Virus record (IMG/VR): IMGVR_UViG_3300037067_006336
Location: 1-64,000 of that record
Length of the DNA: 64,000 nucleotides
DNA from: a virus
Lineage: Duplodnaviria > Caudoviricetes
Reading direction: 5' to 3' (one strand)
Positions 17,206 to 26,912 of the stretch are shown here, one piece after another; the stretch's first letter is position 1, and each line of letters starts with the position of its first letter. The position numbers and the translations under genes were made by a program. Below the pieces are notes generated by a model. It did no database searches. It was not told the DNA's origin and saw only the letters and a program-made list of their open reading frames with translations.

Positions 17206-18927
17206 TTAGAAATTACCATCATCATGGGATATGTTTGACCTTGCATTCGATGTCTGGTTGTTTTCTTCATCTTGTCCTTCACTGTCATCCCATTGACCTG
17301 GTGAACCGTTAACATCTTCATCTTCCTCTACTGGTTCCTCGTTACCAGGAGTACCTTGAACCGGTTCACCTTCTTTTGACTTGAAACCTAGTATGACCTC
17401 TTCCTCTAACCTGTCATCCTCCATGCTGTCGAGCTGTTCCTTGTTGAAATCAATGATGTTCTTGGCTGCCCACCTGACAGGTATGGTTTTACGCATTTTC
17501 CCTTCGGCATCCTCCTGTTCACCGAACGCCACTATGTTGGTGGCAAGCTCTACCTTCTTGCTGAGAACCTCTATCTCGGCCAACCGCTCGTACTGGTTGT
17601 AAGCCACCCAGTCCATCTTGATGGCATCCAGTAATGAAAGGTCACAACCGATCTCTACCTCTTTCAATGTTAACTGAATGCGTATAGGTTTGATGAACAC
17701 GAGCGCGAATGCCTTCCTGTACGTGTTAACTATCTTGGAGAAGTTTACCTCGATCTTCCTTAACGATGACACGTCGTTGAACCCCCAGTTATCAGATGAA
17801 TTCGGGTCAATGCGATCGTACGGTATCTCGGTGTCCTTCCAGTATAGTTTCTCCCAGTATGTCAGCGAGTCGGTTTCCGTTAAATCTGGGCCTGTCGAGT
17901 TAACCTCCTCTATTTCCGGGTGTCCCGAGTTCTGTGTTTCACCCGTGAAGAACTCCCTGTAACCACTGTTGTTAGGCTTGTTGTTGAACAGTACCTGACC
18001 GTCCGTGTGCATGGAGAACTGGTTGGCGAACTGTGATTTAGATTCTGTTAGCTTCTGTATAGCCTCGTAACGACCGATATCACCTAGCCCTAACTTGATG
18101 TGCATCCTTACCTGGGACTTGGCAGCGAACCACAAAGCCTTAGATGTCATCATGGATTTCATGATGTTGAAGGACATGCGCAACCTGTCCACGTACGACA
18201 CGTAACCGAAATCATACTTGTTGAACTCTATCAAGACGACCTGGTTCTCGTGCAATACCCTCTCCCTTCCACCATCCGACATGGCTTTCATGACGTAGAA
18301 CACGTAATCACCGTCCTTTATCTTCTGCAAGGTAGACGGATCTATCGGCATCATACCTATGATATCTTTCGGGTTCTTCAGGTTATCGTATAGGATCTCC
18401 CACGCTACCTTCCCGGTGATGATGTACTCCTTCAACTTATCGAGAAGACCTTCATCGTTGAACAACAGGTACTGGTAAAGTTTAGGGAAGAATACCTGGT
18501 CGAGGTACTCCTGTATTGCTAGCGCGGTTTTCTTCTTGTCCTGGGGTATGAATGAATCTTTCAACCTTGGGGAAACAGGGTACTTGTGCTGGTCGGTATC
18601 CATGATGGCGATCTCGTTTGCCATTATGTTAACGGCCTTACGTACCTCGTTGTTCTCGGAGAATATCAACAGGTCATTCCGGTAATTGATGGCCGTGAGA
18701 GGGGAGTACGCGTACATGTAACGGTAGCGTATATCCGGGTTGAACACCATCGAGGAAGCGTGTGATGCGTCCGAGTGGTATATCGGGTCTGATGATACAC
18801 TCTTGGCTCTCTCCATTGCCCTCGCGTCGATGCGCTTGTCAGTGGTGTTGGCCAGCAGTATCTTCTTCGATATGTCCTTGTCAACATTCCTCGCTGTTAG
18901 CGCGTTGACACCCATTGATAATTTCAT
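17206..18927 (-). CDS. gp20: Portal protein (T4 gp20-like)
   Basis: EVRKAVNIMANE, YIITGK, PIDPSTL, IPYDR, EVNFSKIV...F..IKP. Confidence 0.9.
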   Translation of the reverse strand: MKLSMGVNALTARNVDKDISKKILLANTTDKRIDARAMERAKSVSSDPIYHSDASHASSMVFNPDIRYRYMYAYSPLTAINYRNDLLIFSENNEVRKAVNIMANEIAIMDTDQHKYPVSPRLKDSFIPQDKKKTALAIQEYLDQVFFPKLYQYLLFNDEGLLDKLKEYIITGKVAWEILYDNLKNPKDIIGMMPIDPSTLQKIKDGDYVFYVMKAMSDGGRERVLHENQVVLIEFNKYDFGYVSYVDRLRMSFNIMKSMMTSKALWFAAKSQVRMHIKLGLGDIGRYEAIQKLTESKSQFANQFSMHTDGQVLFNNKPNNSGYREFFTGETQNSGHPEIEEVNSTGPDLTETDSLTYWEKLYWKDTEIPYDRIDPNSSDNWGFNDVSSLRKIEVNFSKIVNTYRKAFALVFIKPIRIQLTLKEVEIGCDLSLLDAIKMDWVAYNQYERLAEIEVLSKKVELATNIVAFGEQEDAEGKMRKTIPVRWAAKNIIDFNKEQLDSMEDDRLEEEVILGFKSKEGEPVQGTPGNEEPVEEDEDVNGSPGQWDDSEGQDEENNQTSNARSNISHDDGNF

Positions 18928-18937
18928 GTTCCTTGTT

Positions 18938-19762
18938 CTAATATTTAACTACCGAGTTATCCTTCTTCAACCTGTGCATGAAGTTATCCAGGTACAGGTT
19001 ATCGGTGAACGTTAATTCCAACATGTCCATGTTCTTGTGTACCTCCATGATGTTGAACGATATGTTCTCCCTCAAGTACGACAGGTAATTCCTGGGTTTC
19101 AACTCGGTTGTTTTCAACTTGATGTTGTTAACTACCTGGTAGTTATCCATCATATCTTTCTTCAGATCATAACATACCATCATGGTGTTCAAACCTTCAG
19201 GGACGAATATCAACTGTTTCTCTCCCCTGTCGTAACATACCGATATGAGTTTCGATGGTTCTATATTGAATGTTTCCTTCAACTCCTTGAGCAAACCGAG
19301 GTTCGTTGATATGTTGAAACCTAACACCATCACGGGACGGTTGGCCAGTATCCTCATCTTTACCAATTCAGGGGTGAAGCTGGTATCATCTTGCTTCTCC
19401 AGGAACATGATAGCCTTCCGCAAATCGTTCTTGAACGTGATGACGTTGAATTGCACGGGGTTCTCTACCCTCCTGTGGTCAACGTTTAAACACTCGTTCA
19501 ATGATGATTGAACGTCAAGGTTATTGTTACCGAGGAAGTTGTAAACACCCTTGAAATACACGTACCTGTTGTTCCTTGATGACATGGTTATACCAGGTTC
19601 AAAGGATGAATCCTCGAACATTGGTTTCAAGCTACCGAAATTGTGCCTGTATATCATGGCGTTCTTCCTTGGTAGCATGTTACCCTTGTCAAGCTGCTCA
19701 AGGCAATCAATCAACGTTCCGATCACTCTACCTTCAGATTCTATGTTTCCAAGGTTTATCAT
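18938..19762 (-). CDS. Hypothetical protein
   Basis: 274-aa ORF. Confidence 0.75.
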   Translation of the reverse strand: MINLGNIESEGRVIGTLIDCLEQLDKGNMLPRKNAMIYRHNFGSLKPMFEDSSFEPGITMSSRNNRYVYFKGVYNFLGNNNLDVQSSLNECLNVDHRRVENPVQFNVITFKNDLRKAIMFLEKQDDTSFTPELVKMRILANRPVMVLGFNISTNLGLLKELKETFNIEPSKLISVCYDRGEKQLIFVPEGLNTMMVCYDLKKDMMDNYQVVNNIKLKTTELKPRNYLSYLRENISFNIMEVHKNMDMLELTFTDNLYLDNFMHRLKKDNSVVKY

Positions 19763-19783
19763 GTTGTTCTGGTTAAAATTATA

Positions 19784-19930
19784 TTATATATCATCGTTGA
19801 GTACCACGTCTACCTTGCTGTCAATTGTCGATAATTTCTTCCCGCACACGTGCAAGATGGTGGCAACGATCTCGTTATTGAGTATGTAACTGGCGAAAAG
19901 CCGGCTGAAGAAAAGGTAAAAATTCCCCAT
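19784..19930 (-). CDS. Small hypothetical protein (48 aa)
   Basis: Read manually; fills gap. Confidence 0.45.
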   Translation of the reverse strand: MGNFYLFFSRLFASYILNNEIVATILHVCGKKLSTIDSKVDVVLNDDI

Positions 19931-19935
19931 GTTGT

Positions 19936-20205
19936 TCATGTTTTAGCATCGTCGATAAGCAACCTGGTCTCCATGTTGAGTAGTTTAGCCCTCAGTGGTT
20001 TCCATACCTGTTCCGCCTGCACGAAGGCGGCGTTCTCAGCCATAAGTTGCAAGTCGGGTGACCATTCCCCATTTACCTGTGGTAACATTTCCAGCATGGA
20101 CTTGTACAACGCGATGAAATCCACCTTGGTCTGGGGGTCTAGTTTACCGTACCTGGCAACATCTTTAATTACCGGTGTGAAGTTATCTGTTTTCGTGAAC
20201 GGCAT
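19936..20205 (-). CDS. Hypothetical protein
   Basis: 89-aa ORF. Confidence 0.65.
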   Translation of the reverse strand: MPFTKTDNFTPVIKDVARYGKLDPQTKVDFIALYKSMLEMLPQVNGEWSPDLQLMAENAAFVQAEQVWKPLRAKLLNMETRLLIDDAKT

Positions 20206-20211
20206 ATATTC

Positions 20212-21018
20212 TTACTTGGTTCCTATCATTGATTTCCAGTTGACGTTCGGTATCGAGGGTATGTGGTTCTTCCTGCAAAACGCCTTCCACTCGTTGACGA
20301 GCTTGTTGGCGGTTATGGAGTTGTAACCCCTCGATGGTATGAAGACCGCCTTGTGCCAGTCCTTCATGGGGAAGCGGGCGATCTCCCGCATCCTCTGTGG
20401 TATGTACATCCTCACGCAGAACTTCACACCCATGCGTTCCAGTTTCTTTATTATGTGCTTGTACTCGATCCTCACTGGTTTCTCCTGCTTGAAGAACAGC
20501 TGGTACCGGTACATCTTCTTGTAAATCTCGAACACCCCGCACAGGACCACTATCCTGACGGCCGGTGGGAGAATGTGCAGGTTGAACCCGATGTTCCTGA
20601 CACCCAGGTTTGTGCTGATAGGCCCTAGTGATAGGACGAGGGGGTACTGGTCGAACCACGGCAGCACACTAGTGCCCTTGTACTTCGGGTTCTTGTACTC
20701 GAACATGAACAAACCCCCCTGGTACAACAGTACCTTCTTGTACTTGTACTCGTCCGGGTTCTTGAACACTGTCTTGAAAACCCATGATATCGCTTGTGAT
20801 GCTGGTTTGTTATCAACCCACGGGTTCTTTAGTATCTTGGATCTAAGGGAGTAGTACCCGGTCTTTACCTTCGATGACTCCTGTTTCTCGTGTTCCGCTT
20901 GCGAGGCGCGTGCTTCCCCGAGTACATGGCGGTACTTGTCCTCGTGTAATTCCTTGTTCGTGACAGGTATTTTTCCCATGTTGAACAACTCGTTGAATGG
21001 TACTGCCCGGCGCTTCAC
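20212..21018 (-). CDS. gp2: DNA end protector protein (T4 gp2-like)
   Basis: GGLFMFEY..PKYK..LPWFDQYPLV...GFNLHILPP. Confidence 0.85.
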   Translation of the reverse strand: MKRRAVPFNELFNMGKIPVTNKELHEDKYRHVLGEARASQAEHEKQESSKVKTGYYSLRSKILKNPWVDNKPASQAISWVFKTVFKNPDEYKYKKVLLYQGGLFMFEYKNPKYKGTSVLPWFDQYPLVLSLGPISTNLGVRNIGFNLHILPPAVRIVVLCGVFEIYKKMYRYQLFFKQEKPVRIEYKHIIKKLERMGVKFCVRMYIPQRMREIARFPMKDWHKAVFIPSRGYNSITANKLVNEWKAFCRKNHIPSIPNVNWKSMIGTK

Positions 21019-21027
21019 GTGTTTTTT

Positions 21028-21357
21028 CTATTCTGTTTTCCCCGCGTTCTTTATCTCGTTGATCTTGGTTATAAACCCTTCGACACCTAGTTCGTCTTTC
21101 AGGTTAGACAGGCGTGTTAGTTCGTCACCATCATACCCTAGTTCCAGTAAATCGTTTAACTCGAACAGGTTGAAAACTGATAAAAGGTAATGGAATGCCC
21201 TGTCGAAACCCCATTTGGAACTACCGGTCAACATCTCACGCAGGATAATAACCCGGTAAAGATGCGTGTATGACGTGGTGTTTAGTTTTAACGTGATATA
21301 TTCTAGGTCTAGGTCTGAGAACCTGGTTCTCGATCCATCTTGTCTCGTTATAGTCAT
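21028..21357 (-). CDS. Hypothetical protein
   Basis: 109-aa ORF. Confidence 0.65.
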   Translation of the reverse strand: MTITRQDGSRTRFSDLDLEYITLKLNTTSYTHLYRVIILREMLTGSSKWGFDRAFHYLLSVFNLFELNDLLELGYDGDELTRLSNLKDELGVEGFITKINEIKNAGKTE

Positions 21358-21378
21358 GGTAATTTTCGTTAATGTTGG

Positions 21379-22002
21379 TTAATCCCCGTAAAATATTTCA
21401 GGTTTACCGTCCCAGTGGTGGGCGATATGACCTTCAATCTTGACACTTGCTTCCAGCTTGAACGTGTCATCGTTACTGTAGGCCTTGTTGAAGATGATGT
21501 TGCACGTTAACTGCACGTCACTTTCACTGTCAGGGTTAGCCGTGACAGTACCGTTCTGACCATCACCACTTAAAAGCGTCTGACCTATCTCTACAACTTT
21601 CAACTGTTTGTTACCAACAGCTTTAACCTTGTAAAAATCCACGATACGCATGGTTGCACCCCATGTACAGACAAGTATGTCACCTACTTTGAAGAAATCC
21701 CCCGCGTTTACCTTGGCTGTTTCTTCTCTCAGCTTGTCCTTTTTCAACTTGTCATTCATCATGTTAACCATATACCAGGTGTTATCTTTCCTGGTTGACA
21801 CGTTAAAAGCCTCGTTCTTCGATATGTAAAAAGCTTTTACACGTGGTTTAGTATCCTTTCCTCCCAACATGTAAACCCATTCTACCGGTTTACCATTCTT
21901 TGATCCTATAGTGGCCACGAGCGCCACCCCTGCGTACTCGAATTCCTCGATGACGGTATCGTCATCAGGTATCAATTTCTTTAATTCCTCCAGTTTTGAC
22001 AT
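21379..22002 (-). CDS. Hypothetical protein (GDILxxxWG...VDFY family)
   Basis: 207-aa ORF with a motif common in mobile-element proteins. Confidence 0.75.
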   Translation of the reverse strand: MSKLEELKKLIPDDDTVIEEFEYAGVALVATIGSKNGKPVEWVYMLGGKDTKPRVKAFYISKNEAFNVSTRKDNTWYMVNMMNDKLKKDKLREETAKVNAGDFFKVGDILVCTWGATMRIVDFYKVKAVGNKQLKVVEIGQTLLSGDGQNGTVTANPDSESDVQLTCNIIFNKAYSNDDTFKLEASVKIEGHIAHHWDGKPEIFYGD

Positions 22003-22020
22003 GTTTCCAGTTGTTTAATT

Positions 22021-22557
22021 TTAATCACATAAAATATCCTCGATAGAATTTATCGAGTCATCGTAAATCAAGCTAGGGCCGTTGTTGTTAAACAGTAACG
22101 CTGAATCGTTACTCTCGAAATAGTACAGCACGTTGCTGAACCTACCCGGTTTGTAACGTATGGTGAAATACCTGTCAACGATGTTGTAATCAATGCAAAC
22201 ACATGACTCTATGATTGACTTCTTGTATTTACCCAGCATTAATAACAACGGTTGTTTCGTGGAGAACTCTTTCTTAGGAATGATTATGCTAGTACGGAAT
22301 CCTGATTCCTGGTTCTTGCTTATAATGTCAAATATCTTCCCGTAATCAACCCGTACTTTCTTATCCCCGTGCTTTATGATGATCGTGTTAACGTTACCCT
22401 TGTAATCACGGTCGAGTAATTCAACCATGTCGTTAATATTCCCGTCCTTTATGAAAACTATAGATGCCTTTATGTTAAGCTTCATGAAGTGTACCATCTC
22501 GGCCGGTTCTATCTCGTACAACTCGACAGCACCCTTGTTGTTCCTGAATTTAGCCAT
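22021..22557 (-). CDS. Hypothetical protein
   Basis: 178-aa ORF. Confidence 0.7.
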   Translation of the reverse strand: MAKFRNNKGAVELYEIEPAEMVHFMKLNIKASIVFIKDGNINDMVELLDRDYKGNVNTIIIKHGDKKVRVDYGKIFDIISKNQESGFRTSIIIPKKEFSTKQPLLLMLGKYKKSIIESCVCIDYNIVDRYFTIRYKPGRFSNVLYYFESNDSALLFNNNGPSLIYDDSINSIEDILCD

Positions 22558-22561
22558 GTCA

Positions 22562-23080
22562 TTACCTTTTACCTTTTTGTTGTTTCAACTGCTTGCCTTT
22601 ATTAATTATTTTCTCCCCCTTCCCGAACAAGTTTGCCTCGCTCTCGACCTTGAACTCGTAACCGTTGGCCTTGCACCATATTATTGCCGCCCTCCACTTG
22701 CACGCGTTCTTGTATAGAACCGGGTCTCTTTTTATCAACGCAATGTTGGCCGGTTGCGGTCTTTGAGATGCAGGTTTCACCTCCACCACGTACTTCTTAC
22801 CACTTTCCATGTGGACAGTGAAATCAGTGACGTACTCGTGTCTCCTGAGAACAAACTTACCGCCAACCTTCTCCTTCATGAAGTACGGTATCCTTATTTC
22901 CTCTGATGACCATTTTACCACGGGGACACTCAGCTCTAGCTTGCACATGTACCGGAACTCGTAACTTGACCTGAACTTGATAGGTCTATGCCCGTAGTAC
23001 TTCAACGGTTCGTGGTATTCCTCGAAGTTCCCGTTGAAGTACCTGGAGTTAGCTTGAGACGATGGCACGAATGTTCTCAT
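22562..23080 (-). CDS. gp4: Head completion nuclease (T4 gp4-like, TnsA fold)
   Basis: RSSYE, WSSEEIRIPY, YVTDF, VEVKP, N.CKW.AA..WC. Confidence 0.9.
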   Translation of the reverse strand: MRTFVPSSQANSRYFNGNFEEYHEPLKYYGHRPIKFRSSYEFRYMCKLELSVPVVKWSSEEIRIPYFMKEKVGGKFVLRRHEYVTDFTVHMESGKKYVVEVKPASQRPQPANIALIKRDPVLYKNACKWRAAIIWCKANGYEFKVESEANLFGKGEKIINKGKQLKQQKGKR

Positions 23081-23085
23081 GGTGG

Positions 23086-24237
23086 TTAAAATCCAGCCCT
23101 AACGTGAATCGTGTTCGTTTTCCTGGGCACGGTACCGCTTTGATCCAGCAGTGACCCACCGTTGAATATACTATCCCCGCTGACATCTAGTTTTATCCCG
23201 GGTGGTACCAGCACGCGTGTATTCTTGATGAAAGATGAATCGATACCGGTTATGTTCTTTACTTGAATGATGATGAACGTAACCTCCTCATCCCCGCTCG
23301 ATATCTTGTTCAACTCCTGCACGTCATCCGACATGTTGTTGTAAGCCAGGCTATCGTTGATTGATCCAGAGAAGAAAACGTACTGGTTGGTCACGCAACC
23401 ACCCTCCAGGAATTTCTTAACCCAGTTCTTCGCGCTCGGCTTGTTCTTGAATTTCATGACGTGGAAACCGTCACCATCAGGCCTGTAAATCATGTTCAGG
23501 TTACGTAATAGCCCGTTTATCGTGTCCAGGTACTTGTAATCAATGTTACTTATGTTACCAACCAGTATCTTGGCATTGATCGGGTTCACGTGTTCGGTCA
23601 CGAAATCAACGATGGTTTCCTTCTCCGCGTTCGTTAGCGTGGTGACGTTTGTTAACCCGTACCTGGCGTTATCCTTCCTGGATGTGTCGTGCAACTCGTT
23701 TACTTGACTCGTAACAAGTGGCATATATGATAGTTCCTCGTTCTCGAAATCAGTTATCACGTGCTTGTCTAATGCTGACCTGAAGGTTTTCTCCCACGTG
23801 TTGAAATCCCACACCATCTTGTCAGCGTACTCGTTGCCAAACTGGCGGCACGTCATGTCCACGATGAATAACAAACCTGAATCCCTGACAAGTATCGCTG
23901 TATGCCACTTGTTCTGGTGTCCGCTGTAGGTGTAACCGTGGAATTGTTCCCTTATATCTATGGAAACTAGTTTCGCCATAGCACCCCTGTCAGCCAGGAG
24001 TAACTTGAAAATCTTGTCGTTGAGCAAGGCTTGTGATGCCGAAACACACCATCCCGTCGTGCCTAGACCATCACCGACACCTTTCGGCTTGTCCGATATG
24101 TCGAATTCACCTGTCAATGATTGACCCTTCCTGTAAGCGAGTGCCAAGCCGTTCTGCACGTCACCCCTGTTGATGAATTTCCTTATGACGCTCATGTAAG
24201 GTGACACCACCTTGTTCAAATCTGCCGTGTTTTCCAT
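23086..24237 (-). CDS. Papain/transglutaminase-like Cys-His-Asp protein
   Basis: GWCVSAS...WHTAILV...IVDMTCRQFG. Confidence 0.55.
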   Translation of the reverse strand: MENTADLNKVVSPYMSVIRKFINRGDVQNGLALAYRKGQSLTGEFDISDKPKGVGDGLGTTGWCVSASQALLNDKIFKLLLADRGAMAKLVSIDIREQFHGYTYSGHQNKWHTAILVRDSGLLFIVDMTCRQFGNEYADKMVWDFNTWEKTFRSALDKHVITDFENEELSYMPLVTSQVNELHDTSRKDNARYGLTNVTTLTNAEKETIVDFVTEHVNPINAKILVGNISNIDYKYLDTINGLLRNLNMIYRPDGDGFHVMKFKNKPSAKNWVKKFLEGGCVTNQYVFFSGSINDSLAYNNMSDDVQELNKISSGDEEVTFIIIQVKNITGIDSSFIKNTRVLVPPGIKLDVSGDSIFNGGSLLDQSGTVPRKTNTIHVRAGF

Positions 24238-24250
24238 GTTTCTTCCTTTA

Positions 24251-25438
24251 TTAAATTACCTCGATTACCTGGTGTACGGAATCTGCTTCATCCTTTGACA
24301 AGCTCTTGTTATATACCACCTCGTAACCTATCACCACCTTCTTGCCGGAATGTTCCTCGTCTTTCCGTATCGCCTTGTCACCTGACGTGAAGGGAAGGTA
24401 CAATTCTGTCTCGATAACACCTAGCGGGCAAAGCTCGAACGATATCATGCTGGTGTGCATCTTTATGATGTTACCTGCCATCAGCTTGTTAACCCTGTCC
24501 TGGTACCACGGGTTAACGTGATCCTTGAAAGGCTTGAACGTGTTCAACTGGTTCGATCCAATACCAAGGTTTGAACTTGTCTTTAATTTTTTTACCTCAT
24601 CACCGTCAATACCAACTCTGTACTCGTTGTAAGTAGAGTAATGAACATCGCTGTAATTTGTATCTACAGTGTACCAGTCAACTGGTATCTTCTTGTCAAC
24701 AACACCTGGTTCACCTTCCTTCAACTTGGACTTGAACACCATGTCAACAGGTGTATCCAGTGCTTCACCTGTAGACCAGTCAACAGTGTACTTATCAACA
24801 GGCGACCTGCGTATCGTATCCATGTTACCGACGTGGAAATGGTACAACGGGTCGATGCAGAAAACAGCGGACGTGTACCTGGTTATTATCTCGGTAAAAT
24901 GATCAATGTACCGGGTTCCCGGCATGATGTCATTCCCGGGGTTGAAGTTTAAATCTGCATCATCATAAGTGTACAACCCCATTGACGTGGCGTTGCATAT
25001 ATCCTTCATGATGTCCGTTATGCTCTTGTCCTTGAATGAAACCTGCTTCCCGTTGTAAAGCTTCTCGTTGTAAAGCATACCTGACAGTTCCATGATAGCG
25101 TCTCCAGCTTCCGAGTACGTGGTGTTGAAAAGGCAGTTAAACTTGTAGTACGATTTCCTCCAACCGAAAAACAATACACCCTTGTCGATGTCATTCTTCA
25201 AAGCTCCTCGTATCAAGTACTGTTCATCGTTAACCGCACAGGTGAATGTTGGTAAGCTGTTCAATCTTACATTGATGTTTAACGACCTTAGTTCCCCCAT
25301 ACCTAGCACGTACCCACCTATCATCATGACGGGCTTGTTACGGAACTCGTTCACAACCCTGTCAACCGATTCCGAGTTCTCGTCCGCCTCTATCTTGATG
25401 TCCTCTACCTTGACGCCTGGTTTAACGAGTAATCCCAT
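24251..25438 (-). CDS. Putative baseplate hub protein (gp27-like)
   Basis: Size and position next to the LysM-like wedge gene; SITDIMKDIC motif. Confidence 0.45.
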   Translation of the reverse strand: MGLLVKPGVKVEDIKIEADENSESVDRVVNEFRNKPVMMIGGYVLGMGELRSLNINVRLNSLPTFTCAVNDEQYLIRGALKNDIDKGVLFFGWRKSYYKFNCLFNTTYSEAGDAIMELSGMLYNEKLYNGKQVSFKDKSITDIMKDICNATSMGLYTYDDADLNFNPGNDIMPGTRYIDHFTEIITRYTSAVFCIDPLYHFHVGNMDTIRRSPVDKYTVDWSTGEALDTPVDMVFKSKLKEGEPGVVDKKIPVDWYTVDTNYSDVHYSTYNEYRVGIDGDEVKKLKTSSNLGIGSNQLNTFKPFKDHVNPWYQDRVNKLMAGNIIKMHTSMISFELCPLGVIETELYLPFTSGDKAIRKDEEHSGKKVVIGYEVVYNKSLSKDEADSVHQVIEVI

Positions 25439-25442
25439 GATT

Positions 25443-25877
25443 TTAAATTGTTATGACACCGGTTGCCTTGTTGTATTCTATTTCCTTGAGCGTCACGCCT
25501 AGTTTCGGTACGGTAACTTTCGAACCGTTGGCCTTCATGTTGGTGTTGTTCAACGATGTATTGTCCGTTGTATTCAACACACCAGGAACTGAAGCATCCG
25601 TATCTATGACCTTCATGTTCAAGAATAATACGTCCATGTCGGGTATGTCGAACATCATACCTACTTTCATCTCCTTTATATCGGAAATGTTATTAAAAGA
25701 CAAAAGGAAAGGTAACAAGTGCATGTTATCTTTACCGTAGTACCTTGATATTATCTTGTCTACCTTCCCCCATGATTTGGCATCTATGATGATGCTATCG
25801 AGAAGTGGTACGTCACCGTTCCTGGTATCGTTCTGGAAATTGTTGAACTCTTTCGATTCTATGTAGCTTTTTTCCAT
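25443..25877 (-). CDS. Baseplate wedge LysM-like protein (gp53-like)
   Basis: VDKIISRYYG...LLSFNNISD..EMKVGM.FDIP. Confidence 0.65.
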   Translation of the reverse strand: MEKSYIESKEFNNFQNDTRNGDVPLLDSIIIDAKSWGKVDKIISRYYGKDNMHLLPFLLSFNNISDIKEMKVGMMFDIPDMDVLFLNMKVIDTDASVPGVLNTTDNTSLNNTNMKANGSKVTVPKLGVTLKEIEYNKATGVITI

Positions 25878-25885
25878 GGTTACGT

Positions 25886-26512
25886 TTATCTCAGGGAGAT
25901 GTTATTTACCGCCATGTCAGGTATGATTAAATCCACGTCGAACCCGTTGAAGGTGAAAGTGCAATCGAATGTCTTTGACTCGTTGAATGCCCCCGTGTAC
26001 GAGAATGTCAACCCCGGTACCGATGCCACGTAAGCATCACTGAACTTGAACCTGAACATCGGTACCTCTGCCGAGTCCATCATCACAGCGGTTATGTAGA
26101 AATCAGTAATCTCACGTTTCCTCTTGTAGTACTTGTGGAACACCTCGTAACAGTACATGTAGTTCAACACCGTGTTCCTGAAAGTCACCGTTAGTTTCAA
26201 CGGGTTGATTATCTCGTTGTCCGGTGATGTCCCGGGGTATGACCTGTTCTGGGTCACGTTGGGCATGTCGTCTGAACCTCCCCACCCGCTAGGTCGTAAC
26301 TTCCCTATGTTGTTGAAACCGTTTACAACCAATTCATTCAGGTCAATGCCAGGGGTGCTGAACTCCTGTATGGTCTCGTGGAAATACCCCCTGAGTGTCT
26401 TCAAGGGGTAGTTCCTGTTGAAAAGGTAGTTATCGTACTTACCGGTCAATTCCACCGGGAAGAAAGGGTCTCCGAAATCTAGCCTGAAATTAGATAGTAC
26501 CGGGTCTAACAT
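25886..26512 (-). CDS. Tail-tube-fold protein (gp3/gp54-like)
   Basis: Likely start MLDP at 26512 overlapping the upstream TAG; PGI...LTVTF...TFDCTFTF. Confidence 0.55.
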   Translation of the reverse strand: MLDPVLSNFRLDFGDPFFPVELTGKYDNYLFNRNYPLKTLRGYFHETIQEFSTPGIDLNELVVNGFNNIGKLRPSGWGGSDDMPNVTQNRSYPGTSPDNEIINPLKLTVTFRNTVLNYMYCYEVFHKYYKRKREITDFYITAVMMDSAEVPMFRFKFSDAYVASVPGLTFSYTGAFNESKTFDCTFTFNGFDVDLIIPDMAVNNISLR

Positions 26513-26886
26513 GTTTCCCTGGTGTAAAGTGAATCGATTGATATAGAGTTCTTGTTCCTTGAATTCAAGTCGTTCCATGCCGTGACAAGATCACATTTAA
26601 TCATCTGCGTGAAGAAAGCGAAATGATTATCAGACCTGTCATAATCGAACTTGTCCCATTTCTCCCATGCCCTGATCACCGAGAACGATACACAAGCTTC
26701 GAAATCCTGCCTGCAATTCCACACGAACTGGGAGCTAGACGCGTATTTCCTGGATATCTTGTAAAACATCTCAACTAGTTTCCTTGACGGTTCACCGGCT
26801 TTCAAACTGTCCTCGTACTCGTCTTCAAGCTCGGCCGGTGGAACGTAGTAAACCTTCCTGTCAGTCAGGTTCATTATCATACCCAT
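26506..26886 (-). CDS. gp55: Late-transcription sigma factor (T4 gp55-like)
   Basis: MFYKISRKY...KFDYDRSDNHFAFFTQ. Confidence 0.8.
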   Translation of the reverse strand: MGMIMNLTDRKVYYVPPAELEDEYEDSLKAGEPSRKLVEMFYKISRKYASSSQFVWNCRQDFEACVSFSVIRAWEKWDKFDYDRSDNHFAFFTQMIKCDLVTAWNDLNSRNKNSISIDSLYTRETC

Positions 26887-26912
26887 ATCACGTAGATTAT
26901 AAATTTATAAAA

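Noticed and set aside
22562-23080. Tn7 TnsA transposase
   Set aside because: Motifs and context match the T4 gp4 head completion nuclease; no tnsB/C
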